Origin: Chara braunii
Lineage: Eukaryota; Plantae; Charophyceae
Direction: 5' to 3'
NCBI GenBank assembly: GCA_003427395.1
Contig: BFEA01000003.1
Coordinates: 118,905-182,904, forward strand
DNA: 64,000 nt
A model generated the notes under the pieces. That model did no database searches. It saw nothing but the letters and a program-made list of their open reading frames with translations, and was not told where the DNA came from. Positions 48,293 through 62,476 of the stretch are shown here, piece by piece. Numbering within the stretch: position 1 is the first letter of the stretch; each line of letters begins with the position of its first letter. The translations under genes were made by a program, and so were the position numbers.

Positions 48293-49041
48293 AGGTTAGG
48301 TGTCCTTCGAGAGACAAGGGCAGTCTGAAGATGTTTGGAGGAGAGCCATTGTCTTACAAAGATGTTATGTCGTGGGTGATAGGACAGTTGGGAAACTCAG
48401 ATCTTTTTTTATTGGCTTTGACATCACTAATCCATCAGGATTGTGACCTGTTTCTGGCACCTGGCTTTTTGGCTTTCAAATCTTTTCGATGGTGGAAATG
48501 ACCAATCTCATGTGACCAGTGACTTTTTGTCTTTTGGACCTCTTCCCTGAAAGACACCTGAAAGACACCAATAGTGTCTCTGGAAAGAGCCTTTGAAAGC
48601 CTCCCGAAATACAATGCACATCTTCCACACGGTACGTGACCACAGTCTGTAGTCCTTTGAAAATGGGCACTCGTACTGACCACAATCCCGGCAACAGAAT
48701 GGACTGGCATCGGCTGGACGTGAAATGACCCCTAGGGTGGAAAGTTCCTGTGTAGAGGCCAAAGATGGCCTTGCACAGGCTTGCAGTGAAATTGTGCCTT
48801 TGCCATGGAACAATGTTTAGCCATGATCATGAAATATCAGGCCAGAATCTGGTGTGATGGACGGATACCCTTGTTGAGGGTGTGATCACTTGGAAAACCA
48901 AGTGATGGAGTGCTGTTTTCTAGTGCCTTTCTTGGGATCACTTGGGAATGCTTCTGCCTCACATGCCTACCGAGGGGGTGGTTGTAGTGTGTTGGGTCGA
49001 CCTGCTGCAGCCGAGGGAAATGAAATGGTGTGGGAGGCATT

Positions 49042-50250
49042 TGTTATGAATATGATGGTCTGTTGAAATTTTATCAACACTCACTCACAGGAACTCCCAT
49101 ACACGCCCATACATGCACAAAAGGAAGGGGAGAGGTAGTGGAGTGTCACACCGCCCAACAAAAGGAACACAGTGGAAGACTCGGAGAAGCGAAGTGACAG
49201 AAAACACAATTCAGTGAATTCTCTCCACATAATTCCCAACAATCATTCATAGAAGAGAACCGAGAGATCACAACCAGAAATCAATGAAGAGATGATAACC
49301 CAAATACAGTGTTACAACTGTCTATTAAACTCGGAGGATCATTTTCACTGAGTAACCTCAGAATCCTGTTGCGCTACCCTCAGAGGGGAAGCACCTCAAC
49401 CCCACCACCCGGAACAGCTAAAGATGGCACTGAAACCCCAGGTAACACCCAACGCCACCCTGACATCCAACTTAGTGTCTTGCCAAAGTGAAACAGGCTC
49501 CCAGAGCCAATCGCCACTCAGATGATGAAGAAGAAGCTCAGTGCTGACAGTCCCTGATGAAGATGAAGTCCAAACGATGATAGCATCTGAGAAGATACAG
49601 CTATGACTGCATCGCCATTGGCACCCTACTCGTGAGGAGGGTCAGCAGTGCACCACATGCTCCAATGCATCAGATCTCTGATAGCCCAGACCGCTTTGGC
49701 TCCCAAAGAGTTAGAGAGGACAGTGTTGACCCCAGTCTGGTCAGCGCTCCAAAGGTTTGGCTATGTCCGCCATCTCCCACACTGGAATCAGCAACCACGA
49801 CCTGATACCGTGTGCGCAGCAACTTTCACTTGAAGTGTCAATTGCCAAGAGCCCAGGACCGATGTCCCCATCCTATCTATACCGTAGACTAGCCTAGACA
49901 CGACCTAGACGGGACTGACTGACCGACCGGTACCGTTTCTGTTTCGGCCTCTAAGGCCTCTCCCTACCCGACTATAGGCTATAGGACCGTCTATCAGCGT
50001 AGGCCCATTGGGCCTGTCTGTCCTAGGGGTAGCCCGGGTTTGCTATTCACAATTAGGGTAGCTGCGAGAAATTCGAGTTAGTATTGGGCCCATGTTTCTT
50101 ATATTTGCAAATATGTCCCTCATGAATTTTCCTTTCAGGTAGGTTTCTCGGTTAGCCCTCAGCCAAGCAAAATTACGACTTTGTCCCTACCTATGGTACA
50201 ACCTCGTTTGAGAGAGGCTACAGGCAACTTGGAACCAGCAAGTCATTGCA
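49042..50250 (-). repeat. 3' LTR of the chromovirus
   Basis: Direct repeat of 56853-58052, adjacent to the PPT. Confidence 0.95.
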
Positions 50251-50283
50251 GACCTACCCTCCCTTGGAGCGTGGACCTCCGAG

Positions 50284-53200
50284 CTAGGGGCGTAGGCGTG
50301 CAGAGCGTCGAAGGGGTTCTCCCTTTTGCGCAGCCTCATATTTGAGGATAACAGAGTTTGCTGTTTTCAGAAGCTCCTTGCAAGTAAACCAACGATCCTT
50401 AATATGGGGCTGGTAAAGAAACTGCACAAGGTACTCCTTATCAGGACTTGTACCACACTCATCCTCAACTTTTTCCACCTCATATCCCTTCCCAGGGATC
50501 GAGGGACCAAATTGAGGAGGCCTATCTGGAAATGCATTAGCTTACGATAACAACTTGGATGCATGAAGACGGGGTAGCTTTGTAGATGCAGTGGAACATC
50601 CACATGATAAGATGGCCCGAAAGGGTCAGCTCCCACTGTGTCTAAAACCTGCCATGGACGCATATAACGCGGCAACAGCTTGGGTGAGATGTCCTCTTCG
50701 CACGATAGCTCATAATTGAGTACCTAGACCTAGTCACCAGTGCGAATGGGGGATGGTCAACGATGCTTGTTAGCCTCCTGAATCATAGCCTTTTGGGTTT
50801 TGAGCAGGTTTACTCTGGTTTGTTCGATATCCCTCTCCTACTGTCTGGTGAACGCTGTAGTCCTAGGAGTCAGTCTGGGGGTAGCCTTATCGATGATGTC
50901 ATCGAGAGGCTGACGTGGCTCACGTCCCTAATGCAATGACAAGGGGTGAACCCTGTGGAGGAGTGTACAAACGTGTTGTACACTAGCTGTGCCCGCCCTA
51001 GATGGATATCCCAGTCCTACTGATTAGGGCTAATCACAGGACGCAGCAACTGGAAAAGAATCTGGTTCATCATTTTAGCCTGCCCATTGGCTTCAGGATG
51101 ACAACCAAATGTCATATCCAGTTTGGAATGAAGGTAGTACTTGCAATAGGACTGCCACTCATTGCTGCAGAAATGCGGATCTCTATCGCTGACAATGGAG
51201 GTGGGTGGTCCATGATGAGTAACCCACCTATCCTCAAAGGCCGCCTGGACGGTCGGAACTCTGGTTTCCTATGGCAAAGGAATAAACTCTGCGTACTTGG
51301 AGAACCGGTCCACACACACCATGGCCTGACGCATAGCGCGAGTAGTCCTCCCCAGGTCAGTGAAATCAATAGCCACTGACTGTGCTGGTGCCTCAGGGAT
51401 GGGAAGTGGCTGTAACAGGCCAAGGGGAGGTTGGCGAACGTCCTTATTCCTTTGGCACAACTCACTGGTCTCAAAGTAGTGCAACAGGTCTTTCCTCATC
51501 TATGGAAGAACAACTGCGAGAAGGCTGCTAATGATTTTAAGGCCCCAAAGTGGCCGCGAGCATCATGACACTCAGACGTAATGAGTGTTCTCAATTGGCG
51601 GTCCTGAGGGATGCACAAACATTCCTCTCCTTTGCTGCAAGTGTACAGCAGATTTGAAACCAGAATGGATCCTGGTTCAGAGGCAGGATCAGTTTGCAGA
51701 CTCTTGACAATCGGGCCAAAATCCAGGTCCTGTGGCAATAATTGGGCAATGGTCTAATGGGTGCCCTACCTAAAGTATGAGTAGAGGAGATCAAGCAGAG
51801 AGCGTCAGACCTACAAGAAAGGGCGTCTGCTAGCCCTTCTTATGTTTTCAAAGTCAAACAAAACAATGAACTGAATATAGTGCGCACACTTGTCATTCAG
51901 TTCCCCTTGGGTCTGTATCCACTGTAAGGTGGAGTGATCTGAATAGACATGGAAGTGCCTGCCCATGAGGAAATGCTACCAATGCTTTAGCGTTGACACT
52001 AGAGCATATAGCTCTTTCTCGTACGTGGAATCTTGCAGCTTCTTGGTTTGATCTTACTTGTGTATTCAACCAGCTGCAGACCATGCCCACCAACAATGTG
52101 AAGTACCGCCCCAACCCCATATTGGCTAGCATCAGTAGTTAGTACAAAGGGCAAGATAGGATCACGTAACTTCAGAAGAGGTGCACGCATCAAGGCCTCC
52201 TTGAGGCGTGTAAAAGCCTGCTGACAGTTTGATGTTCAAAGAAAGTGGGTGTCTTTCTTTGTGAGATCAGTGAGGGGTGCAGCAATAGCAGAAAAGTTCC
52301 TAACGAACTTTCTGTAATATGATGCAAGATCCAAGAATGATCGGACATCACGCACTGTGGTAGGCTGTGGCCGGTCCTGAATCGCAACAACCTTTGTTGC
52401 TTCAGGAGTTAGCCCTTCCCCAAAGATTACATGTCCCAGATAAGTCATAGAAGTCACTCCAAAGGACTTTTCCCTGTTGATCTTATATTGGGTCTCATGT
52501 AGTGCCCAGCTAAGGCCTGAGTATGCGATGCATCTCTGTCTGGAATGTGCCAGGGGCATTGCAAAGACCGAAAGGCATGACCAGGTACTAAGTGTCGTAT
52601 TTGGTTTTGAAGGCGGTTTTGTGGATATCGCCTTCAACCATCACAATCTGGTGGTAACCAGATTTGAGGTCGATCTTGCTGAAAATTGTGCAACCCTACA
52701 CCATATCCAGCAGATCATCAATCCTAGGAAGGGGCTTTGTAGACTTCTTAGTGATCTTATCGAGACCCCTGTAGTTGACGCACATCCTGAATTCTCCATT
52801 TTCCTTTGGAACAAAGAGAATTGGAGCCCCAAATTCAGATGTGCTGGGTCTGATCCAACACTTGCTGGTCAGGGTTTCAAGCTGTCTCTTAAGCTCATCG
52901 AGTTGAGCAGGTGACATCCTGTAGATACGACCCTTGGGAGGGACTGTACCTGGCAGGAGCTCAATCCTATGTTGGGTCTGCCTATGGACAAGTCCAATAG
53001 GCTTCTGCATCAGGTTTGGATACCGGTCCAAAACCTGTTGAATCAGTGAGGGGCAAGGAGCAACATCCACACTAGTTTGTTTCATATATGCGACAAACAG
53101 ACGTGTGTGGGCAGTCTGGCGAGAGAGCTGGAAAAACTCATGTGCTCTCATACAATAGCAATTGTTGACTGAAAGGTACCCATCAGCCAACACACAAGGC

Positions 53201-53700
53201 TGATAGTTCCCTCTACATTCAGGAAGCTCTACCTTAGGGATCTGCTAGTCGATCCTAGGGTTAGTGGCCTCCAGCCACTGCATGGAAAACACAAGTTTGG
53301 GAAAACACAGTGTTCAGGCACTGCCTGACCTTCTCCTGTTTGTCAAAGGTAATCGGTAGGTTCTTGACGGCAGAGGTAATCCGGACTGTGGAAGAGTCCC
53401 CAATACGGACTTCGAATGGCTGCTATAACTTCACAAATCTCCCATCCAGGTGCAGTTTACCAACAACCTTGGGAGAGATGAGTGCCTGACCTTCTCCTGC
53501 TTGTCACAGGTAATCGGTAGGTTCTTGATGACAGAGGTAATCCGGACTGTGGAAGAGTCCCCAATATGGACTTCCAATGGCTGCTATAACTTCACAAATC
53601 TCCCATCCAGGTGCAGTTTACCGACAACCTTGGGAGAGATGAAGTTTCGGGTAGCCCCACAGTCTAATAAGCCCTTGATCTTGGCTCCCAGGATGGAGGG
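50284..53700 (-). pseudogene. pol remnant: protease, RT, RNase H, integrase, chromodomain
   Basis: GLLDCGATRNFI; PSTSEFGAPILFVPK, RMCVNYRGL; LTTDASQYGVGAVL; HDARGHFG, IDFTDL, VDRFSKY; EYLVQF..DRW chromodomain-like segment at 50284-50478. Confidence 0.92.
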
Positions 53701-53974
53701 TCGCAACAATCTGAGGTCTGATTTATGCTTTTTCTTTTCTTGCAAAGACAGAAAAAAATCAGCAAAAGTTTGACTATCATCTTCCTGCCACGTCTTATCC
53801 AGGTCAGGGTCATGTAAGTAAAGGATCCTGACTCAGCAACTCCAACAGAGTCAGTGAGGGTAGATGCAGAGTGAGACTCATCACAATTTGAATCAGCGCA
53901 AGTGGAGGGAGCTGCTAACTCCACTTCCCTCTTGTTTAGTTTTTTGAACTAGAACCAGGTTTGCGAGGCATATG

Positions 53975-55497
53975 GGGACAATCTTTCAGGAAGTGGTCCC
54001 CCTCGCAACGAAAACAAACCTCACACTGCTTCCTTTTCTGCCATTGCCTTTCCTGGATCCTGAACGCTCTCCTAGGAAGGGTGGAAGGATCCATGACGTT
54101 AACTGGCCAATGGACGTTTCGTGGTAGATTAGCTCTCTGGGCCTGAGGGGAAGAGGCACGTCCCTCCCCTTTCCCCTTCTGATTGGCTGTGAGCCCTTGA
54201 TGCTACTGTTGTCGGTCTTTCCCTTAAAGATGGCAGCAAGGTTCTTAGCGAGGGCAAGAACGGCTGGCTCAACTGCTGATACTGATGTAGTCTCAGATGG
54301 AGGACTGCCACGTTGAGATGCATCAGAGTCAGAACATGCATCCGTAGCCAGTAGAGCACCCTTCTTCCTGCGCTGTCCTCTGGAAGAGGGTCTCCTCCTT
54401 CCTTCAAAAGGTTTTGAACCTTGAGCCAGGACTTTAGGTCTAGGGCCGCTTTGCCAAAGGACCTCCAGTCCTTGTGGCCCTGAGAGTATAGAGCAATGGA
54501 GTAGTCTGGAGGCGCAACACACAGGACATGGGTGAGCTGGTCAGACTCACTCATCTCAAGACCGGGTGTTGCAATCAAGCTCTCAAACCAACTGTAGAGC
54601 TTGGACAGGGAACCCTCAAATCTGTGTGAGCCCAACAATAGTATTTTATTTGCTGCTTTCCGGGCCTGCTCCCTGTCTGCAAACCGGTCCCGCAGAGCCT
54701 GCAACAACCCCTTCACCTTCAGCTGTTGTGCCCATTTGTGCATGGGCAGATTGTGTTTCGTTGCAGAGGAGGTGCATCAGTGCAGTCCTCTCCAGATGAC
54801 CCAGAATGGTCCCTACCTTTGTCACCTCTGGACATACAAAGCTGCCCAGGTACGCTTGCATAGCAGTAACCCAATCTGAAACATCCACCTTGGGGTCTTC
54901 CCCAGAATACATAGGAGGTGGCGTCAGCTTGGGCTGCCGCTGATCAGATGTGCCAGAGGGGGCAGGGGTAGTGGACATATGAGAAGCAGGAGGTGAAGAT
55001 AGCCGATTGTGAGATGATGTAGAAGGCGATGGGGAAGGTTGAGGAGGTTGAGGAGAAGGGACAGGTAGGTGCAAATGCTGCAGAATGTTGTTCACACTCG
55101 CAGTCAGGGACTCGAGGCTTGCTGCCAATTTATCAACCTTACGGTCGATGGCATAACCTTGGGTCTCGAGCGTGAGTATCCACTGGTCCCAATTAGAAAA
55201 GTAGGACCTGTTGATGGTGTCTGTTAACAACACCAACTCAACAGTATCCTTACTGTACTGACTGAAAGTACCACTCGTGACAACCTTTTCAACATCCTTC
55301 CGTAGCTGTCTCCTCCTCTCTTCATTCTTACTAGCTTCCCGAGCTTCCTCCATCTCCTGTTTGAAACGTTGGATCTGGGCCTTTGCCTGGAGGCGAGCTT
55401 TCTCAGCCTCACGGAGCGCGACCTCCAGAGGAGAGAGAGCAACCTGAGGAGGGTTAGTGGAAGCTTCTCCCTTAGTCTTCACTTCATCATCAACCAT
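53975..55497 (-). pseudogene. gag remnant with zinc knuckle
   Basis: Coiled coil, Pro/Ser linker, PKLTPPPMYSGED..W, LRDRFAD and CFRCEGDHFLKDC. Confidence 0.85.
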
Positions 55498-56852
55498 AAT
55501 GAACCACTCAGTCACTGAAATAAATATAGATAGACAAATACAAGGTCAACAGAGATTAAGATTACACACACAACCATTGATGTAATCACTGCCACCTGCT
55601 GAGAAGAGATGTGGTGAAGTAGGCTGAAGAGCGCTCAGCCTCTGTAGGCCGTTGAGGGCTGTTCTGGGTCAGTTTAGGGTAAATCCAGATAAAATCAGCT
55701 TGCGATTTTTCATTCACAGCCTAGAACCCTCATTTGAGTACTATAACCCTAGAATCGTTGTCAGATAATTAGACAGGATGCAACCTTGGACTGTAAGTAG
55801 GAAGGTTAGAATAGCGTAGAGTCGGTAGCAATTAACAGAATCCAGTAATCAACCAAGATGCAGCGAATGACTGATCAAGGTATTTTTAGACTCCTACTAC
55901 TGACACTGGCACTGTAGGACCCTGTATGCCCCGCTATGGGAGAGGCGAAGTACAGATACCACGTAGCTGACTCAAAACACCAATTCCAGTATAGCTTTTA
56001 GACACTGACTCAATATTGAATTGCGATTTCAGGTTGACTGACAGACTGAAATTTTGACGGACAGAACGTAAGATATGACCAACCCTAGCTGCCCCAAGCA
56101 CTGGCTATGGCAGCGCAACATTCAAAATTTCATTATCACTGACATACAGACCCTGAGCTACTCAAGTCATTGGGTGTACTGAATCGCAATACTATAATAC
56201 AGTCAGGGATGCAATTTGAGACAGAGAGAAGGTCAAACAAAGTCTATAGAAGTCAAAGTAGATGGGTAGGGGAAATAACTATGGCTGTCAGGTAGTGTGA
56301 TTTTCAAGTTTCACTGTCTACAGAAATACAATTCCAATTTTCCCTGTCTAATCACAACTATCAGACTCGCTACAGGGATTTGAGTAAGGAACACACTTAC
56401 TTCAAAGCAAAACAGTGGAAGAAAAAGTTGAACTGGCTATGGCTTCCATCTCGCCAGTTTCTTCAATTCACTGTTCCTGGTGCTCCCACGTTCCAAATCT
56501 TTTGAAACTTGGTGATATTGTAGTTCTTGATATGGCGATTAACCTCCACTAATCAGATTCACTGTATCTCGCCCATAATTTGAAACTCGACATACCCCCA
56601 GGTATCTCGCCACCAGCAGAGTCAACGCCTGGGCTAAAAATAGCCCCTCAGTGCCTCCCAGGCCACCGAGCACTGAATCGCCACCAATCTCTTTGTCATA
56701 CGAACCGCCACACACTCCTCACCAACACCCTACTGAGCGCAATACTGAAAATGCGATTTCTCCATGAAACCTGGCGTCAGAAGCTCTCAGGTAATGGCTG
56801 CCTCAGTCCATCATCTCGCCAATGTCTGGGTGCGATCTGCTCCGATACCAGC

Positions 56853-58052
56853 TGTTATGAGCATGATTGTCTGTTGAAATTTTATCAGCACTCACTCACA
56901 GGAACTCCCATACACGCCCATACATGCACAGAAGGAAGGGGAGAGGTAGTGGAGTGTCACACCGCCCAACAAAAGGAACGCAGCGGAAGACTCAAAGAAG
57001 CGAAGTGACAGAATACACAATTTAGTGAATTCTCTCCACAGAATCCCAACAATCATTCATGGAAGACAACCGAGAGATCGAAGCTAGAAATCAATGAAGA
57101 GATGATAATCCAAACACAGTGTTACAACTGTATATTAAACTCAGAGGATTGTCTTCACTGAATAATCTCAGAATCCTGTTGCGCTATCCTCAGAGGGGTA
57201 GTGCCTCAACCCCACCACCCGGAACAGCTAAAGAAAGCACCGAAACCCCAGGTAACACCCAGCGCCACCCTGACATCCAACTCAGTGGCCTGCGCCAAAG
57301 TGAAACAGGCTCCCAGAGCCAATCGCCACTTAGATGATGAAGAAGAAGCTCCGCCCTGACAGTCCCTGATGAAGATTAAGTCCAGACGATGATAGGATGC
57401 AGCTATGGCTGCATCGCCACTGGGACCCTACTCCTGGGGAGGGTCAGCAGTGCACCACGTGTTCCAATGCATCAGACCTCTGATAGCCCAGACCGCTTTG
57501 ACTTCCAAAGAGTTAGAGCGGACAGTGTTGACCCCAGTCTGGTCAGCGCTCCGAAGGTCTGGCTATGTCCGCCGTCTCCCACACTGGAATCAGCAACCAC
57601 GACCTGATACCGTGTGCGCAGCAACTTCCTCACGAAGTGTCAACTATCAAAAGCCCAGGACCGATGTCCCCATCCTATCTATACTCTAGACTAGCCTAGA
57701 CACGACCTAGACGGGACTGACTGACCAACCAGTACCGTTTCTGTTTCGATCTCTAGGGCCTCTCCCTACCCGGCTATAGGCTATAGGACCGCCTATCAGC
57801 GTAGGACCATTGGGCCTGTCTGTCCTAGGGGTAGCCCGGGTCTGCTATTCACAGTTAGGGTAGCTGTAGGAAATTCGAGTTAGTACTGTGCCCATATTTC
57901 CTATATTTACAAATATGTCGCACACGAATTTTCCTTACAGGTAGGTCTCTTGGTTAGCCCTCAGCCAAACAAAATTATGACTCTGTCCCTGCGTATGGTA
58001 CAGCCTTGTTTGAGAGAGGCTACAGGCAACCTGGAACCAGCAAGTCATTGCA
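56853..58052 (-). repeat. 5' LTR of the chromovirus
   Basis: Direct repeat of 49042-50250, adjacent to the PBS. Confidence 0.95.
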
Positions 58053-59239
58053 CATTTGGGTATGTTGGTGGGGTGTTTAGGTGGGTCCTACCAGAATGCT
58101 GAAATTATGTACATACCCTGGCAAACTGTGTGCATACCCAATTTTGCATGCCCGGTTTGTGGGCATGAGCCTAATTTTGTGCCCCCCAACCAAGGGCCTG
58201 TGGGAATGGATACACACATAATTTGGGGCATGGGAAAAGCAGTGTATCACGCTAAGTCGGACAGGGTCGGCGTATAGATGGGAATTGGGCACCGGGGCTG
58301 GGTAATTCCCATTTTAAATGGGGTGCAGATGCAATTTACCGAAAGGATTAGGATTTTTGAAGCTGTAGCAGCAATTCAGCCTCTTACAGCAGCATGTAGA
58401 CCTGAAGCTGATGGCGAAGGAAAATATTGCACACCCCAACCGTCAGCAGCCCTCGACTGGTCGGCTGCCGACCCGCCGACCGGTTGGCTGGTCAGCACCT
58501 ACCGGTCGGAGGTCGTCGACACCTTGCAAAAAAAAAAAAAAAAAAAGGTTTTTTTTGGGGGCTCATAACCCCTAATAACACCACCAACACCTCCATATGG
58601 GCCCCCAATACCCCCATACATCCCCCCACCACCCCAAACACGGCCCCCAACACCCTCAGTACCCCACCCAATACCCTCTATACCACCCCTATACCCCCGT
58701 GTACCTCCCCTATACTCCCAACCCCAACCCCCCGATACCCCCCCCTCCCCCCATGCCCAAAAGTTTCTCTGCGGATTTGGGGTGTACTCTGCAAGCGCAG
58801 TACAGCCCCCAACTCAGATTTGAAAAAAAATCAGTGGATGGTTGTTTTCTGACTGGTCGGCAGACTGACGACCGGTTGGCCCTACTGGTCGGCTGCTATA
58901 CAGTCGGCGGTCGGGGTTGGTGGTTGGCAGGCATGCAACCCTGCTTTGGACCAACAGTGCTAACCCTCGCCTTCTGAAACTGTGGCCTTGCAAATGATGC
59001 TGCAGTTTGGACCATTAGCAGTCTGTATGGACCCATAGCCATCTGGTGGCCTCCTCACAAAGATGACTATGGTGCAGACCACGGATCGTAGGATCCCAAT
59101 GGCAATGGTCGAGTGTTGCACTACCGTCTCATTTAGGAGGCCTCCAGCTTGGGATCTCTGGGTTTGGTTAAAACTTTTAGTTCTACCAATGCTCAGGTTC
59201 GACCCACCATTGCATCCATAAGAAGCAGCAGCCAGGCCT

Positions 59240-59341
59240 TTTGTGGCCAGAAATTTATGGGGGTTAACCAGCCACCATGGAAGGCAGTGATTTTGTGGCC
59301 AGAAATTTATGGGGGTTAACCGCCCGCCATGGAAGGCAGTG
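59240..59341. repeat. 52-bp tandem duplication
   Basis: TTGTGGCCAGAAATTTATGGGGGTTAACC..CCATGGAAGGCAGTG occurs twice. Confidence 0.85.
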
Positions 59342-60457
59342 GTAACTGCAGCCACTGTGTATACCGTCAGGTACTTAGGCGTGGTGGGTGGTTTAGACCG
59401 TCAGCATATCCAAGTCTCTTGGCCAAAACGGATGTGTAGCTAATTGTGGGATTCTGGGATTGTATGAAGCAGACATGGCACTTGGACAGATTTGGAAAGA
59501 CACATGGGATGTGGGGTGATGAATCTGGCTATGATTGATAGAATCTAATTGTGATTCGCAGAGGTACATCTATGTGTGTGAGTTGAACTTTCATGACTGA
59601 ATTTGGACCATGTGGCCATGCTTCTGGTCAGAAATATCCAGTGAATGTGTGAGTGCTGGGGGTCTCCCAAGCCTAATCTGAATGAAACACAAAAGAAGGG
59701 AAGGGATGTAGCGGAAATGGCCAGGTACACTTGAAGTTGTTGAAATGCAGACCTGAGTTCAAATCCAGATGGAACTAGATGAACGAAATTCCTGAATTGC
59801 CTAGGGCCAGTCAATTTCACGATGATATCTCAACACTGTCACCCTAAGTAATGAAGTAGCAGGTGGGCCCACATGTAGTGTTCCGCGGTGGAAATCTGTG
59901 GTGCGAGAGGAGATGGGAGGGCTGTTTGGATGGGGATGGACATGGTGGGAACTCCGGCCAGCCTTTTTCACTCATTCTGCACGTGCACTTCTTGTCTTCT
60001 TGTGGCTTGTCCATAATCACATGTTTGAGGATAACTGAGACAAAGACACACATTGAGAGAAATAGAACAATAAAATACTCCCACTAAGAAACAGGTGAAG
60101 TAATCTGGGCAGAGTTCATGCTATATATTTATTTTTGGTTTTACAGAGCGAGTATGCTCTTTTGGCTTCTGTTGATTGTTTCTCAATCTGTTCAGTGGCA
60201 CTTGCCAGAGGGCCAGAGGTCCGCAACAAGTCACCCTCTTTCTCGCTCCCACCTCTTTCCTTCTGTTGATAACCCCTTGTCTTATTTCTGTCTTACACGT
60301 GCAGACCTAATTTTTGGGCTGAAGCAGTGTGGGTTCAAAAAAGACTCGACCATGTTGTATACTTTCTTCTGGCCCCTACCAATTCCTAGTATGCCTTGTG
60401 TATCAGTTATGATGAAATAATGTAGCAGTTAAATGATACACAGGTGTATCATCCCCC

Positions 60458-60597
60458 CTCTGGTGGGTGACAAGTTTGTCAATAAGAGAGGCTCTTGGTG
60501 GCTTGTCAAGGGCGACTTCTGCTTCCCCACCCCCTGGTGGGTGACAAGTTTGTCATTAAGAGAGGCTCTTGGTGGCTTGGCAAGGGCGACTTCTGCT
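60458..60597. repeat. ~75-bp tandem duplication
   Basis: CTGGTGGGTGACAAGTTTGTCA..AAGGGCGACTTCTGCTT occurs twice. Confidence 0.85.
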
Positions 60598-60717
60598 TTC
60601 GGTTTACCGTCCCCTCCCTCCCTCCCCTCCACCGTCCCTGCCCCCCCCGCCCCCTCCGCCCCCTCCGCCCCACCCGCCCCCCTCTCCCCTCTCTCACTAT
60701 GAGTTTGAGCCTCACTG

Positions 60718-61694
60718 TGCAATCAGACTCACTTTCTTTCCACTTCGCACACATGCAAACAGATGGAGACTCAAACTGGCGCAGGGAGCCCACTGAAAGC
60801 TTAGAGATATGGAAATCAAGAACACAGTTCAGATGCAAGTTCTCTTCAACAGGCTATGGCGCATCAGCACCTGAACATCCCAACCTTCGTCACTGTGTCC
60901 AACCCCACTGTTCACATGCGCTCACTCTGGATCACCCTGAATACCACCACACACATACACGATGTCTAACTTCCTCCTACAGCGGCTATGGCCGCACTAC
61001 CACTACTGACTATGGCTACTATCTCCCTTCAGCCCACTTCGTCTTCGGGCAACCTGCAGACCACCCTCGCACAAGACGCTGTAGCAGCGCTTCCGCATGG
61101 CTTACGCAGCGAATGAATGAATGGCTGGGCACTGCCTCTTGATTTATACTTCTGTAACTCGTTGGTCTGCCCCTTTCCCAGTCCCTTGGTGCACACAGTC
61201 CCTCTTGGTACTTGCTGGACTGGACTGGGACGGACTGGGCCGGTACCGCTGACTGCATGGGTTTGCACTGCCAACTCGATGCATTCGCACTGCCGACGTA
61301 ACGCAGTTGGGCTCACCACTTGCCCACTTGCCTCTGTCTAAACGTGAGACAAACTTCGAAAGGCTGCTTCCAGAACTTCCGGAAGTCTGTGGGCTTGGCC
61401 TTTTGGGTACTGTAGCAGCTACGACCTTGACCTTTCAGGACTGTAGCAGCTATGACCTTCACCTTTCAGAATGCCTATAGCTACGACCTCTACAAAGCTG
61501 TGACCCCTACTCGACAGACCTACAGATCGAATCCCTACATCTACACAGTCCTGCGACAGACAAACAACAGCTAATGAAACACAGGTTACGGGTTCAAACA
61601 CTCGGGGCTCAACTCGATACTGTACATGGGTAAGGTAAGGTCTGGGGATCGAACCCTGGAATCTGCATCTGCCCCTGCAAGGGACTGCTTCACA
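60718..61694. mobile_element. Putative solo LTR
   Basis: TG...CA ends flanked by ACTG (60714-60717 and 61695-61698). TATAAAT on the - strand at ~61142-61148. Homolog at ~47340-48292. Confidence 0.55.
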
Positions 61695-62476
61695 ACTGTT
61701 GGATACGTAAGTAAGACGAAATCAATCCTGAGCAGGATGTTAATCTAGCAAACCAATTAGAATTGCTGGTGAGGGTGTGTTAGCAGCTGACTTTTTGTTT
61801 CCCTGCCTCTCCTTCTTCCACCCTTCCTCTCTCTTCCTTTACATGTCTGCTTAGTTTTGAATACTGTCTTGGCGGCAGATCGGTTCCATGCCTGCAGTAG
61901 TGAGCCCTGAATTGGTGCTGCCACTTGCACATCGATTGCAGGGAAGTGTTGGGACTGTCCTTCAATGTCAAGTGAAACACTGTGGAGCGGGATAGTGGGA
62001 AGGTCTTTGGAAGGGAAAGGCACCAGAGAGAAATTCTGCTGGCAGAAAATTGTCTATCAAGGCGGTAGACTTTGCCGACAGCTTAGATTATGTCTTTTGT
62101 GTTTGTATTGGGGCTTAGTGCAGTGAAGGGTGGTGGAGTGGCTCACATGATTGGAAAGACAGGTCAAATAATTGATCTTTGCTGCCCCCTCCTCTTTTCT
62201 TCCCTTTTCATTCCTTCTTTTGCCCCTGGATGTCTGTGGCTGCAACCGTGACTGGAGACAGCTCTGCGACCCTCACACTGTCACACGACTCTTGACACGA
62301 AGTCAAAGAAAAGAAACGAAAAAGATGAAAACGAACAAATGAAGAAAAGATGAATGGGCTGTTTGCTATTGTTGCTTAAGCAGAAATCTCAGACTGATTC
62401 TATGTGTGTCACTGCAAATCAGTCTTTGATTTGATTTTGTGATTACATTCCCAACAGAAGCTAATGGACATGGCCA

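Larger units (their letters stand above)
49042..58052 (-). mobile_element. Ty3/Gypsy chromovirus LTR retrotransposon, structurally complete, decayed
   Basis: LTRs at 49042-50250 and 56853-58052 (TG..CA). TSD CATT. PBS TGGTATCGGAGC at 56839-56850 and PPT at ~50253-50265. Domain order gag-PR-RT-RH-INT-chromo. Confidence 0.95.

Noticed and set aside
49553-49580. Hammerhead ribozyme core (CTGATGA) in the LTRs, also at 2030 and ~57366
   Set aside because: No properly placed GAAA and no stems II/III.
58436-58927. DNA transposon with GGTCGG/CCGACC subterminal repeats
   Set aside because: No clean TIR or TSD could be defined.
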